From positions 2,176,001 to 2,240,000 of the forward strand of contig CBDBEV010000001.1 of NCBI GenBank assembly GCA_965204535.1: a stretch of 64,000 bases of DNA, written 5' to 3'. Source of the stretch: a bacterium (GTDB lineage: Bacteria; UBA8248). Position numbers and translations under genes: made by a program. The notes under the pieces were generated by a model. That model was not told the DNA's origin and ran no database searches. It was given only the letters and a program-made list of their open reading frames with translations. Below are positions 9,871-19,627 of this stretch, piece by piece (within the stretch, counting starts at the first letter, position 1; each line of letters begins with the position of its first letter).

Positions 9871-10275
9871 ATGGCGGAAGAAGAAAAAGCAGAAGAAACA
9901 AACGAGACGGAAGCGCCGGAGCAGCCTGAACAGGATGAGGCGCCTGAACAGGCGGGCCCCGTTCTGACGGCGAAAGAGATCGACAAGATGAACGTGCCCA
10001 AGCTCAAGGAAGCCGCCCTGGCCTACGGCGGAAAGATATCGGGCGTCCACGGCATGGACAAGACCCAGTTGATCCGGGCGCTCAAGGAGATAAACGACAT
10101 TCCCTTGATCGAGGCGAAGCGCACCTCCAAAATCGACAGGAGCGTCGTCAAGCAGCAGATCAAGGCCCTCAAGAACATACGGGATCAGCATATCGAGGCG
10201 AAAGACGGCGTTCAGCTCAGCCGCGTGAGAAGACGCATCAAATCGCTTCGCAGGAAACTGGTGCGAACCGCTTAA
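9871..10275 (+). CDS. Small protein with Rho N-terminal-like helix-extension-helix domain and basic coiled-coil tail
   Basis: IDKMNVPKLKEAA...ISGVHGMDKTQLIRAL resembles Rho_N; acidic N-terminus; purine-rich RBS before ATG 9871. Confidence 0.6.
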   Translation: MAEEEKAEETNETEAPEQPEQDEAPEQAGPVLTAKEIDKMNVPKLKEAALAYGGKISGVHGMDKTQLIRALKEINDIPLIEAKRTSKIDRSVVKQQIKALKNIRDQHIEAKDGVQLSRVRRRIKSLRRKLVRTA

Positions 10276-10309
10276 GTTCCAGAACGATTCCTTGCCCTCG
10301 GGAGAAGCG

Positions 10310-11299
10310 ATGCCCGCACACATATCCCTGCCCCTGGCAACGAACGGGGCCGTGAGTTTCATAGACCGCATCCGGGAGGACGCTTCCCTCCTGGATCGCA
10401 CCGAACTCACCACGCTGCAGATCAACGTCGGCAAGTACTGCAACCAGAAATGCGCGCATTGCCACGTGGGCGCGGGACCGCACCGCAAGGAGATCATGAC
10501 CGGGGAGACGGCGGGCCGCATTATCGAATGGCTCGAGGACACGCAGATCCCCACCGTCGACATCACGGGGGGCGCGCCCGAACTCAACGACCACTTCAGG
10601 CGCATCGTCACCAGCGCCCGCCGCAAGGGCCGCCGCGTGATGGTTCGCTGCAACCTCACGGTCGTCTACGAGCCGGGCCAGGAGGATCTGATCGACTTCT
10701 ACCGCGAGAACCGGGTGGAGCTCATCTGCTCGCTGCCCTGTTACCTCGAAGATAACGTGGACGCCCAGCGCGGAGACGGCGTCTTTGAAAAATCCATCCG
10801 CGCGCTGCGGGACCTGAACGAGGCGGGGTTCGGCCCGCCGGGGGAACTGGAACTGAACCTCGTCTACAACCCCGTGGACGACAATCTCCCCCCGCCCCAG
10901 GAGGCGCTCGAGGCGGACTACAAACGCGAACTCCTCGAGCGCTACGGCATCCGCTTCCATCATCTCTACACCATCACGAACATGCCCATCACCCGTTTCG
11001 CCAGTTATCTGAAGGTGAACGGCAAGCTGGATTCCTACATGGCCACGCTGCGCGAAGCCTACAACCCCGAGACGCTCCCCGGCCTGATGTGCCGGAACCT
11101 CATCAGCGTGGGGTGGGACGGCGTCTTGTACGATTGCGACTTCAACCAGATGCTCGACATGTCCCTGGGCAACGGAACGCCCCTGAAGCTGTGGGACATC
11201 TCACCCGAAGACCTGCTGGGCCGGGAAATTCTCCTGGGCGATCATTGCTTCGGCTGCACGGCGGGGGCGGGTTCGTCGTGCGGAGGCGCTCTGTCCTAG
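10310..11299 (+). CDS. arsS: Radical SAM / Cys-rich protein, ArsS (arsenosugar biosynthesis) family
   Basis: LQINVGKYCNQKCAHCHV (CxxxCxxC), DITGGAPELN, LYDCDFNQML, C-terminal HCFGCTAGAGSSCGGAL. Confidence 0.85.
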   Translation: MPAHISLPLATNGAVSFIDRIREDASLLDRTELTTLQINVGKYCNQKCAHCHVGAGPHRKEIMTGETAGRIIEWLEDTQIPTVDITGGAPELNDHFRRIVTSARRKGRRVMVRCNLTVVYEPGQEDLIDFYRENRVELICSLPCYLEDNVDAQRGDGVFEKSIRALRDLNEAGFGPPGELELNLVYNPVDDNLPPPQEALEADYKRELLERYGIRFHHLYTITNMPITRFASYLKVNGKLDSYMATLREAYNPETLPGLMCRNLISVGWDGVLYDCDFNQMLDMSLGNGTPLKLWDISPEDLLGREILLGDHCFGCTAGAGSSCGGALS

Positions 11300-11435
11300 G
11301 GGGCGGAATCGCCGGGAAAATCTCTGGTTTCCTTCCAGCCTTCAAGTTATCATGTCGTCCGCGAGATTGCTTCGATATTCTCGGATACGCCATGTTCCGG
11401 CGCCGCGACACGATGTGAATACGGAGTGAATTCCA

Positions 11436-12236
11436 TTGTCTTTCCCGACGAGAGGAAACATACGGCGATTTCCGTGGCTGCGCGGACTGCTCGCCCTGAC
11501 TTTGAGCCTCGCTCTTTTGAGCGCGCCGGCTTCTACCGCCTGGGGTTCGAACCACGACATCGACGAAGAGGAACAAACGACCGACTCCATCGACCCGTTC
11601 GAGGACTTCAACCGGGCGGTCTTCGATTTCAACGAGGCGCTGGACGCCGTCATTTTCCTCCCGCTCGCAAAGATATGGGCCATATTCCCGAAACCCGTCC
11701 GCGATACGTTCCGCAATTTCATGCGCAACCTGAACGCCCCCTTCATACTGGCGAACGACGTCCTCCAGGGGGAGGGAGAGCGCGCCGGCATGACCCTGAG
11801 CCGGTTTTTGATCAACACCACCCTGGGCGTGGGGGGATTGTTCGACGCGGCGGCGGGTATGGGCGTGCCGTATCACGAGGAGGATTTCGGCCAGACCCTC
11901 GGCGCCTGGGGCGTGAAAGAAAGCGTATACCTCGTGCTGCCCGTTATCGGGCCGTCGACGGTCCGCGACGGTTTCGGCAAGGTGGGGGACGCCTTCCTCA
12001 ACCCGCTCAACTACGTGGGCGCCGCCGGCGACGATGCGGAGAAAATCCTTTTCGGACACAGGGTCGACCTGGCGGATCTCCTTTTCGGGGTGAGGCTCCT
12101 GGAAGGCGTCGACCTTCGCGAGCGCCTCATCGAACCCATCGATCTGCTCAGGAAAGACCCCCTCGCGCTTGACTACTACACCCTGATCCGCAGCGTCTAC
12201 CTCCAGCGGCGAAAGAAAGAGATTCTGAACAAATAG
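11436..12236 (+). CDS. mlaA: MlaA/VacJ family lipid-asymmetry protein
   Basis: DPFEDFNRAVFDFN, RFLINTTLGVGGLFDAA, EDFGQTLGAWG, YLVLPVIGPSTVRD, YLQRR; start uncertain. Confidence 0.88.
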   Translation: MSFPTRGNIRRFPWLRGLLALTLSLALLSAPASTAWGSNHDIDEEEQTTDSIDPFEDFNRAVFDFNEALDAVIFLPLAKIWAIFPKPVRDTFRNFMRNLNAPFILANDVLQGEGERAGMTLSRFLINTTLGVGGLFDAAAGMGVPYHEEDFGQTLGAWGVKESVYLVLPVIGPSTVRDGFGKVGDAFLNPLNYVGAAGDDAEKILFGHRVDLADLLFGVRLLEGVDLRERLIEPIDLLRKDPLALDYYTLIRSVYLQRRKKEILNK

Positions 12237-12862
12237 GATTACGCTTTGCGGCCGCCTGCTCAGCATGAGGGGGGGACTGCCGCACAGGGGGACCCGCGCC
12301 TCTTTTGTCGCGTAACCCACCACACCACCCACTCTCGAAACCGACTTTTTCAACAACCCCCTTCGGTAGGGTTTGATTGCCGAAGGGGAAATATATTCAC
12401 GCCTGTTAGATAAAATCCCGTGAATGAAGAGCATATATCGGGAGTGAATCACGAGATATCGATGTTATGGCGTGAATGGAAAGGTTTTGGTTATTCAACG
12501 CCGCCCGCCGCCGGACCATCCCCGCGTTCCGCCAGAAGGGCGCCTGGAAAATCGGGTAGGGGTAATCCGGCTAGGGAATGACCTCGGCGTCTTGTGCGCC
12601 GCTTTTCTGCGGCATCTCGGCTTTGACGGCGTTGCCGCCCACTCGGGCCTGTGCCTCGAACAGCCTGAAATCGATGCCATGGCCCTCGCTCGATGGCTTC
12701 CGGTTAACGATGGGGACAAGGATAAACGCGAATGGGTGATGAGGAAGGGGGGGTGGTTGCCCTCGTGGGGCGAAGGGGATAAAAGGCAGGGGAAGTTGAA
12801 TCAGGAGATACTCGGACCGTGATAGTTATCTAGTATTAATTCTATAAGGCTTACCCCTAAGC

Positions 12863-15800
12863 ATGAGACACACCCCTACATCTTTGTATATCGATACTGA
12901 GGTGTTCAAGCGCAATGGGCTACGTTTGAATACAGCGGAATTTGATTTGCTGAAAAGCACGTTCGTTAAGGGAGGACTTCGGTTACTTGTTCCAGCTATG
13001 ATGGAACGTGAGCTTCTTCGCCATTTCCAAAGGCAATCGGAAGAATGTGCAGATGCGGTTGAAAAGGCACAAAGCAAACATCCCTTGCCATTTTTAGAAA
13101 TGTGGTCGCCACTCTCTAGGGACGAAATAATAGATAAATGTTTCATGGAACTTAAAACGCAGTGGGAGCTTTTTAAATCGCACTTTACCGTTGAACAACT
13201 CCCACTTGTTGGGGATATCGAACGCGTAGTGGACAATTACTTTTTGGTTAATCCACCATTTTCTGAAAGAAAACGCAAAGAATTTCCCGACGCTTTTATT
13301 CTGAGCACCTTGGATGCGTATCACAAAAAGCACAAGGCAAACATAGCCGTGATTAGTGCGGATGGAGACTTTGCTGAAGCCTGCAAGACGCGACGTTACA
13401 TCCAACATTTGGCTGACCTCGAAAAGTTTGTCGACGCTTTCAAACCCGAACTTACAAGAGAGCAGTATTTCACCGAAGAGCCAGTCGATCCAACTCAGCC
13501 CATTGCAACCGAGGATTTAACGCAACTCAAAACAATATTAGACAGGGGAGCTGACGTTACCCCGCTTGAAATTAGGCGAGTGCTCAAACTGCTGAGAAGT
13601 CGTGGGCAGAACTATCACTATTTTTTTTCCAATGCCAATGAGCCAATCTGGCTTCCACACCTAAAAGACAGTGCTTTTTTCGAAAATCCTCCTGAAGTCG
13701 AACAAACTGAAGATGGTAGTTTCAAAATCCCTTTTTGGCCACCGATTCATTATCTCGAAAGTGTATTTGAATCAGTCTCTGACAAAGAGGAAGTTCTTGG
13801 TATCTTAGAGGAATTACCAAAGACGACTAACCCACGTGTGGTTGAGAGAATTGTAACCATAATTCTGAAGTCTGACGACTCGAATGACTTGGTGCGTTTT
13901 TCCGATGTGATTTTGACCTTTATTGACCATTCAGCATGGAATTATGAAAAGATTATAAGATTGCTTCAGAAGCTTTCGCTTCTGGATAAGCAAATTGGGT
14001 TGTTCTCAGAATCAGTGTTACTCAAGGTCGTTGAGTTCCAGCCGGACAAACAAGCCGAAGATAAGCAAGCCCGCTATAAAGCTGATCCCGAAGGTTGGCC
14101 ATCCCCCTTGTATCCAAAACCACGCATTGACGAGTGGGAGTACCAAGAGATTCTGGAGAAAGGCGTCCGACCTTTGGCGGAGCGTGAACCATATCAAGTA
14201 GCTCGGATATTGACAGATGCAGTTGCGACCATGATACGCCTCGGAATTCACCAGGAACAACTTGAAAAGGTTGGTGGTAATGACAGATCGGCTATTTGGT
14301 GTCAGCGCGTAAACGAACCCGTTAGAGAGCATCGAGATTCGGATGAAAATCTCGTTCAAACACTGACATTCGCATGTGAAAAAGTTTATGAAAAGACACC
14401 ACAGTTCGTGGATTTGCTTGATCAGTCCCTGCGAAACCAGCGTTGGAATATATTTCTGCGCATCCGCCAACATCTGTATGCAAAGTTTCTGGTACTAACC
14501 AAACCGTGGATCCGAGAGATGATCCTTGCTCATCAAGATTATAGCAACCGGAAGCACGACTTCGAGTTTCAGCAGATGATTCGACTCGCTTGTGAGCACT
14601 TCGGCGCTGGATTGCTCACCGAAGCCGAAAAAGAGCGGATATTCGAAGCGATCCTGAGCGGGCCATCGGAACAGGATTATCGAGACTGGATGGGAGATGA
14701 TTTTACTGAAGAGGTATTCGAATTGCAGAAACGATATTTCCACAAAATACAATTGGCCCCATTCGCTCCAGTGCTTTCCGGCGTATACAACAACTACTTC
14801 CAGGAGCTAAAACTTGAAGAAAAAAGACCGGTTGAAGATGATGATTATGCGCCTTACAAGTCTGGTGGGCCGAAGTGGATTGAGAAACGCAGTCAGAAAA
14901 CGCCTGATGAACTAAAAGAAATGGCGGATGAAGACATCCTATCATTCTTAAACGAATGGGAAAGTGTCGATCGCGACCCTGATGAATGGTGGGTGGAAAT
15001 CACTTTTGGAGCACTTGCCGAAACGTTTCAGCGGACCTTAAAAGAATTCATCATCCCAGACGAATCGCGACTAAATTTCTGGCTTAGGAATCGGGATCAG
15101 ATTAAGCGACCCATCTATGTACGGGCGATGATGTCTGCTATTCAAGAACACGTAAAGGATAAGCAATTCGATAAGCTCGAAGAGTGGTTCGACGTTTGTG
15201 AATGGATACTGCTCCACCCGGATCAACCAGAGGAAGCAGGCGTAAGCCGCAGTGATGAATCCAAAACGCATCCCGACTGGTCGAGTTCACGTCGGGTAGT
15301 GGGCGAATTTATCGGGATGTGTCTAAAGGAAGATGTCGATGTTCCCATATCGACGCGCGACCGACTCTCCACTTTATTGGGTGATCTTTGCACGCAATTC
15401 GACCAGCGATTGGATGAAGACAAACCCGTTCTTTTGAACAGGGACGATCCGTTAACGGAGGCGATCAACAACACGCGTAGCCGAGCGCTAGAGAGTTTGG
15501 TTGATTTCGGTTATTGGGTTCGTCGTCAATTGAAGGATGAGAAAGCTAATACGCCCGAAGTTTTCACAATTCTCGAAAAGCGATTCGGTCTAGAATCTGA
15601 GTGCCCACTAACCCTCCCAGAATACGCCCTTTTAGGGATGCAATATAGCAACATCAGCGTTTTGAATCGAGAATGGGCTGAAAAACACAAAAGCGACTTT
15701 TTTCTGCAAAACGACCTGCGGACATGGGCAGAGGCTTTTGGAAATTTCCTAAAATATAATCGACCCCATAGAATGACCTTCGATATTCTCCGGGATGAAT

Positions 15801-16459
15801 TTAAGTTTGGGATTGAAAAGATTGGTGAGTTGAAGACGGATAGCAAGACAGAGCTTGCTGATACGCTAGGTGAACACTTGTTCACTTATTACGTTTGGGA
15901 TGTTTATCCACTGAGGGGTCAAAATAGTCTACTGGAAATGTATTACGAAAAGACAATAGAAGATAAAGAGCGGTGGTCTCACTTGTTTGATCATGTTGGG
16001 CGTTCCCTGAAAAACAGCGGAAGAGAATTAGAAGAAGACCTGAAAGAGAGAATTATCGAGTTTTTTAACTGGCGATTTGAGCAAAGAGAATCTTCTGAAC
16101 TCAATATGTTTACATTTTGGCTAGCAGCGGAGTGTCTGGATGCGGAATGGCGGCTCAGGTCGTATTCGAAGATACTCGATGTGTGTGGGACAGAAGGCAT
16201 CAGAACATACACTCAGTTGGAATCTCTGCTAAAGATGCTCAAGAACCATACTGCGCTTGTCGTTGAGTGCTTCGCCAAATTGACTGAAGTTGCAATTAAA
16301 AGCGGTAGCAATACCTATATTCATTCCATTGACCAAGCGAAACCCATCCTTCTTGCTGGGCTGAACAGCGATAATGAAGTCGTGCGGAAAAATGCCGAGC
16401 ACGCTCGCGAGAATCTCCTGAAAGGCGATCACTTCGATCTTGTGAATCTTGACGAATAA
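12863..16459 (+). CDS. 1198-aa protein: N-terminal PIN-like domain (DUF4935/PIN_12 type) plus large helical C-terminal region; candidate defence protein
   Basis: LYIDTEVF...MERELLRHF...PPFSERKRKEFPDAFIL...AVISADGDF with acidic residues intact; gene visibly AT-richer than its neighbours. Confidence 0.75.
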   Translation: MRHTPTSLYIDTEVFKRNGLRLNTAEFDLLKSTFVKGGLRLLVPAMMERELLRHFQRQSEECADAVEKAQSKHPLPFLEMWSPLSRDEIIDKCFMELKTQWELFKSHFTVEQLPLVGDIERVVDNYFLVNPPFSERKRKEFPDAFILSTLDAYHKKHKANIAVISADGDFAEACKTRRYIQHLADLEKFVDAFKPELTREQYFTEEPVDPTQPIATEDLTQLKTILDRGADVTPLEIRRVLKLLRSRGQNYHYFFSNANEPIWLPHLKDSAFFENPPEVEQTEDGSFKIPFWPPIHYLESVFESVSDKEEVLGILEELPKTTNPRVVERIVTIILKSDDSNDLVRFSDVILTFIDHSAWNYEKIIRLLQKLSLLDKQIGLFSESVLLKVVEFQPDKQAEDKQARYKADPEGWPSPLYPKPRIDEWEYQEILEKGVRPLAEREPYQVARILTDAVATMIRLGIHQEQLEKVGGNDRSAIWCQRVNEPVREHRDSDENLVQTLTFACEKVYEKTPQFVDLLDQSLRNQRWNIFLRIRQHLYAKFLVLTKPWIREMILAHQDYSNRKHDFEFQQMIRLACEHFGAGLLTEAEKERIFEAILSGPSEQDYRDWMGDDFTEEVFELQKRYFHKIQLAPFAPVLSGVYNNYFQELKLEEKRPVEDDDYAPYKSGGPKWIEKRSQKTPDELKEMADEDILSFLNEWESVDRDPDEWWVEITFGALAETFQRTLKEFIIPDESRLNFWLRNRDQIKRPIYVRAMMSAIQEHVKDKQFDKLEEWFDVCEWILLHPDQPEEAGVSRSDESKTHPDWSSSRRVVGEFIGMCLKEDVDVPISTRDRLSTLLGDLCTQFDQRLDEDKPVLLNRDDPLTEAINNTRSRALESLVDFGYWVRRQLKDEKANTPEVFTILEKRFGLESECPLTLPEYALLGMQYSNISVLNREWAEKHKSDFFLQNDLRTWAEAFGNFLKYNRPHRMTFDILRDEFKFGIEKIGELKTDSKTELADTLGEHLFTYYVWDVYPLRGQNSLLEMYYEKTIEDKERWSHLFDHVGRSLKNSGRELEEDLKERIIEFFNWRFEQRESSELNMFTFWLAAECLDAEWRLRSYSKILDVCGTEGIRTYTQLESLLKMLKNHTALVVECFAKLTEVAIKSGSNTYIHSIDQAKPILLAGLNSDNEVVRKNAEHARENLLKGDHFDLVNLDE

Positions 16460-16744
16460 CGTATCGTTTCCACATCAACTCGCATCTATCCCACCATTCA
16501 CCCTGGATAATTCGCCCCAAGCGCGGGTTTGTTTCCTCGCTCACAAAGTCTCTGGATACCGGATAAAACCACTCCGGCATGACGGCAAAACAGAACCTAT
16601 TCGCAACTCACAATGCGAGAGCAAACCCTCCCTCATTGGTCGGCAGCCCTCCCTCCCCGGTCGCGTCGAGCCCTCATTCCTCGGGCTTTTTCAACAGGCC
16701 CTTGTCAGGGGGGCTTTTCTTTCCCCGCCCCGCTCGGGTTTGAC

Positions 16745-17095
16745 CGCGCATTTCCCCGCAATTGCCGTACCCGGGTTTTCGCGTGGACGGGCGAGAATCC
16801 CCTGCGCGCGGGGGAAAGCGTGTTCCCCGCGATTCGAGGAGGGAGAAAATGGAGGGGGCGGTTCGAGGTGAGGCGGGAAGCGCAAACGCTCCTTTCCCGG
16901 CGGCGTCCAGGCGCCCGCTCCCCGCGCGCGATTGCTCTCCCGCCTCCGCCGGAACCGGCCAAGGGGAATTTCTGAAAATACCTGAAAAACCCCGTAAATT
17001 CCCGTGGTTTCCCGTAAAAAAATGAACATTCATCTCGTTGATATATATGGAGTTAAGCCGAAATTGCCCGCCAAATTGACAGAAATTTTTTTTCG
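16745..17095. repeat. Dispersed ~300-350 bp intergenic repeat, copy A (copy B at 35153-35470)
   Basis: Shared blocks cgcgcatttccccgcaa-tgcc and gggg-att-ctgaaaa...taaatt--cg-ggttt-cc-gtaaa....tgaa-at...gttg...gtta. Confidence 0.55.
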
Positions 17096-17413
17096 TGTGG
17101 GGGTCTCGGGAAGAGGCGTCCCCGGCCGCCTTTTTGCCCGGGTCGAGCGGGCGTTCGCCGGCGTCCGCTCGCGCTCCTCGTCCGCGTCGAAGCCGCAGGC
17201 CTCGCGGCCGTCTTCACGCAGGACCTTCGATGGGGCCGGCCCCGTCTTGCCCGGTCCGATATGGCCGAGCCGCTCCCCCGTCCCCCCCTTGCGTGATGCC
17301 GCTCGCGGAACACGAGCCCCCTTGCATCACGCTCCGATTGCGCCCGCCGCTTTTCATGCGCGGAAGAATGCTGCAATATGGGGAGCCGCGATTTTTTTTG
17401 TCCGGAGGTTTTC

Positions 17414-18004
17414 TTGGAAATTCTTGTCCCCGTCGTCATCGTGGGGTGTATCACTTACGACATCGGCTCGGTTTCCGCGGCCTGGTTCGCCGCCAAGGCG
17501 CGCGGGATCGATTTGCGCGTGTACGGAAGCGGACAACTCGATTTCGCGAACGCCTGGATGGTGCTGGGAGACCGCGTGGGCGCGCTCGTCTTCATCGCCG
17601 ATTTCCTGAAGGCGCAACTGGCATTGGGCTTTGCGTGGTACATGAGCGATTCTCCCTGGATCATCGCTCTGGCCTGCGTCTGCGTGGTGCTGGGCGAGAT
17701 ACTGCCGGTGTTTCACGGGTTCTGGGGCGGACGCGGGACGGCGACCACATGCGGCGCGCTGCTCGGCGTATCGCCCCTGTCCCTGGCGATCTGCGCGACC
17801 ATCGCGCTGCTCATCGCCGTCGTCACCGGCAGGCGCGACCACGCGGAAGTCATCGCCATACTGCTCCTGCCCGCCGTCATCATCTTCGTGAGCGACGGAA
17901 ACATCCCCCTGATGTGCGCCGCCGTCATCATCACCGCGATGCTGCTCTATAAGCGCAGGGAGTTGGTCGAGAAACTGCTCGGCATCGGAAAAGACGAAAA
18001 CTAG
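17414..18004 (+). CDS. PlsY-like glycerol-3-phosphate acyltransferase homologue with degenerate motifs
   Basis: GIDLRVYGSG, DFLKA, LPVFHGFWGGRGTAT; TTG start after GGAGG. Confidence 0.75.
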   Translation: MEILVPVVIVGCITYDIGSVSAAWFAAKARGIDLRVYGSGQLDFANAWMVLGDRVGALVFIADFLKAQLALGFAWYMSDSPWIIALACVCVVLGEILPVFHGFWGGRGTATTCGALLGVSPLSLAICATIALLIAVVTGRRDHAEVIAILLLPAVIIFVSDGNIPLMCAAVIITAMLLYKRRELVEKLLGIGKDEN

Positions 18005-18022
18005 GCAAACGCCCCTGGGTCC

Positions 18023-19021
18023 TCAGGGTTTCAGAATCACCTTGATGGCCGCATCCGGCTTGTCCTGAACGGCGAACGCCTCGGGAGCTTCATCGAGATC
18101 GAGGACATGGGAAATCAGAGGCCGGCGCCGGACCTGGCCGCTTTCGACCAACTCGATGGCGCGGCGGTAGTCGTCCCCGGTCCAGGTCCATGACCCGTGG
18201 ATGGCGACGTGTTTGCGCACCACCTGGTTGAAGTCCAGATCCCCCAGGCGCTCGAACAGGGCGACCAGCACCAGACGGCCGTAATCCTGCTTCAGCATGA
18301 GCAGGCCCTCGTTCGGCGAAGACGGCGCGCCGGCGCAGTCGATCACCAGATCGGCGTTGCCGCCTCGAACGCCGAAACGCTCCACCGGCCTGGCGCCGCC
18401 CGTGAGTTCGATCACGGCTTCCACCGGGTCGGTTTCGCTCAGGTTGACGGTGGCGTCGGCGCCGAGGCGTTCGGCCATGTTCAAGCGGCGCCCGGAAGCG
18501 TCGACGACGATGATGCGGCAGTCGACGCTCGCCCGGATGGCCTGGACGCAGCCGAGACCGATGATGCCGGCGCCCAGAACGACCACCGTCTCACCGGCCG
18601 CGGGCCGTCCGAGGGACACGCCGTGCAGGGAGGTGGCCAGCGGCTCGAGCGTCGCGCCCTCCTCGAAGCTGACGGACTCCGGCAGGATGTGCGGGCTGCG
18701 CTCGGTAACGCGAACCGGCACGTACTCCGCGAATCCGCCGTGGCCCAGCCCGGTGATGCGGTCCCCGACGGAAAAGCCGCTGACCTTCTCCCCCACCTCG
18801 ACGATTTCACCGCTCAGTTCATGACCCATGATGCGCCGGTGCTCGTCAATCCGCCGCCCCAGCACCTCGAACATGCCGAGGCGGTACATGTGCAGGTCGG
18901 AACCGCAAATGCCGCACGCCTTGACGCGCACCAATACGTCATGTTCGCCGGCGCCCGGCCGCTCCACCTGCTCCACCCGGATGTCCCGCGGTCCGTGATA
19001 AACGGCTGCTTTCATCTGCAT
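18023..19021 (-). CDS. Zn-dependent medium-chain dehydrogenase (threonine/sorbitol dehydrogenase-like)
   Basis: CGICGSDLH, MGHELSGE, EPLA, LGAGIIG; lacks the four-Cys structural-Zn lobe. Confidence 0.9.
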   Translation of the reverse strand: MQMKAAVYHGPRDIRVEQVERPGAGEHDVLVRVKACGICGSDLHMYRLGMFEVLGRRIDEHRRIMGHELSGEIVEVGEKVSGFSVGDRITGLGHGGFAEYVPVRVTERSPHILPESVSFEEGATLEPLATSLHGVSLGRPAAGETVVVLGAGIIGLGCVQAIRASVDCRIIVVDASGRRLNMAERLGADATVNLSETDPVEAVIELTGGARPVERFGVRGGNADLVIDCAGAPSSPNEGLLMLKQDYGRLVLVALFERLGDLDFNQVVRKHVAIHGSWTWTGDDYRRAIELVESGQVRRRPLISHVLDLDEAPEAFAVQDKPDAAIKVILKP

Positions 19022-19114
19022 ACTCGGTTCCTTCTGCCTGGGCGGCGCCGGGTCGCCTGAATCAGATGGTCATACGGGCGGCCCGGTGCGGGAGAATACA
19101 GAAATACAGCAATC

Positions 19115-19540
19115 GACCCTCAAGGGGTTGTTGAAAAAGCCGGTATGTCGCCCTTGCGAAGATCGCTCTTCACCAACGAGAATATCAAATCAACTCCCCC
19201 TCAAGGGGGGAGTGAATAAAAAATTCTTCTCGGTGGAAGAAAAACCCCCCTGACAAGGGGGGTAGGGGGGTTGCTTCTTTGAGATGAGAAGGGGTTTTTC
19301 AACAGCCCCTTGAGGGTCTGGCTTCCCGAGGGGAAAGCCAGACGATGAAGCCGAGCGTTTTGTGTGACGGCTGAATCGGTGGGGGGACGATTCAAAATTA
19401 AAAGCTCCCCCCACCAGTTCGCTTGCGGGCTTGCGCCCTTAGCTCACTGACTCCCTCTCAAGGGGGGAGTTGATCTCTTAACCCTCATTGGTCGGGATTG
19501 ACCTTCGATACGCGGCTTCGCCGCTACTCAGGGTGAGGTC
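19115..19540. repeat. Palindromic repeat cluster with MITE-type ends
   Basis: 24-bp inverted repeat gaccctcaagggg(t/c)tgttgaaaaa at 19115-19138 and 19295-19318; aactcccc-tcaagggggag units; ccttcgatacg...ctactcagggtgagg unit. Confidence 0.8.
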
Positions 19541-19627
19541 GATACGGCGGCCAGGCGGGACGAGGGGAACGCATTCGCTCCCGAGGCATGTTGTTCAACA
19601 TGCCCGTGTGGGCCTATTTCCGCGAGG

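Noticed and set aside
11270-11299. Possible Sec codon in the ArsS C-terminal GSSxGG motif
   Set aside because: The codon is TGC (Cys) and the gene ends at TAG
12472-12822. Antitoxin or partner ORF upstream of the PIN gene
   Set aside because: No recognisable motif or clear RBS; cannot be supported from sequence alone
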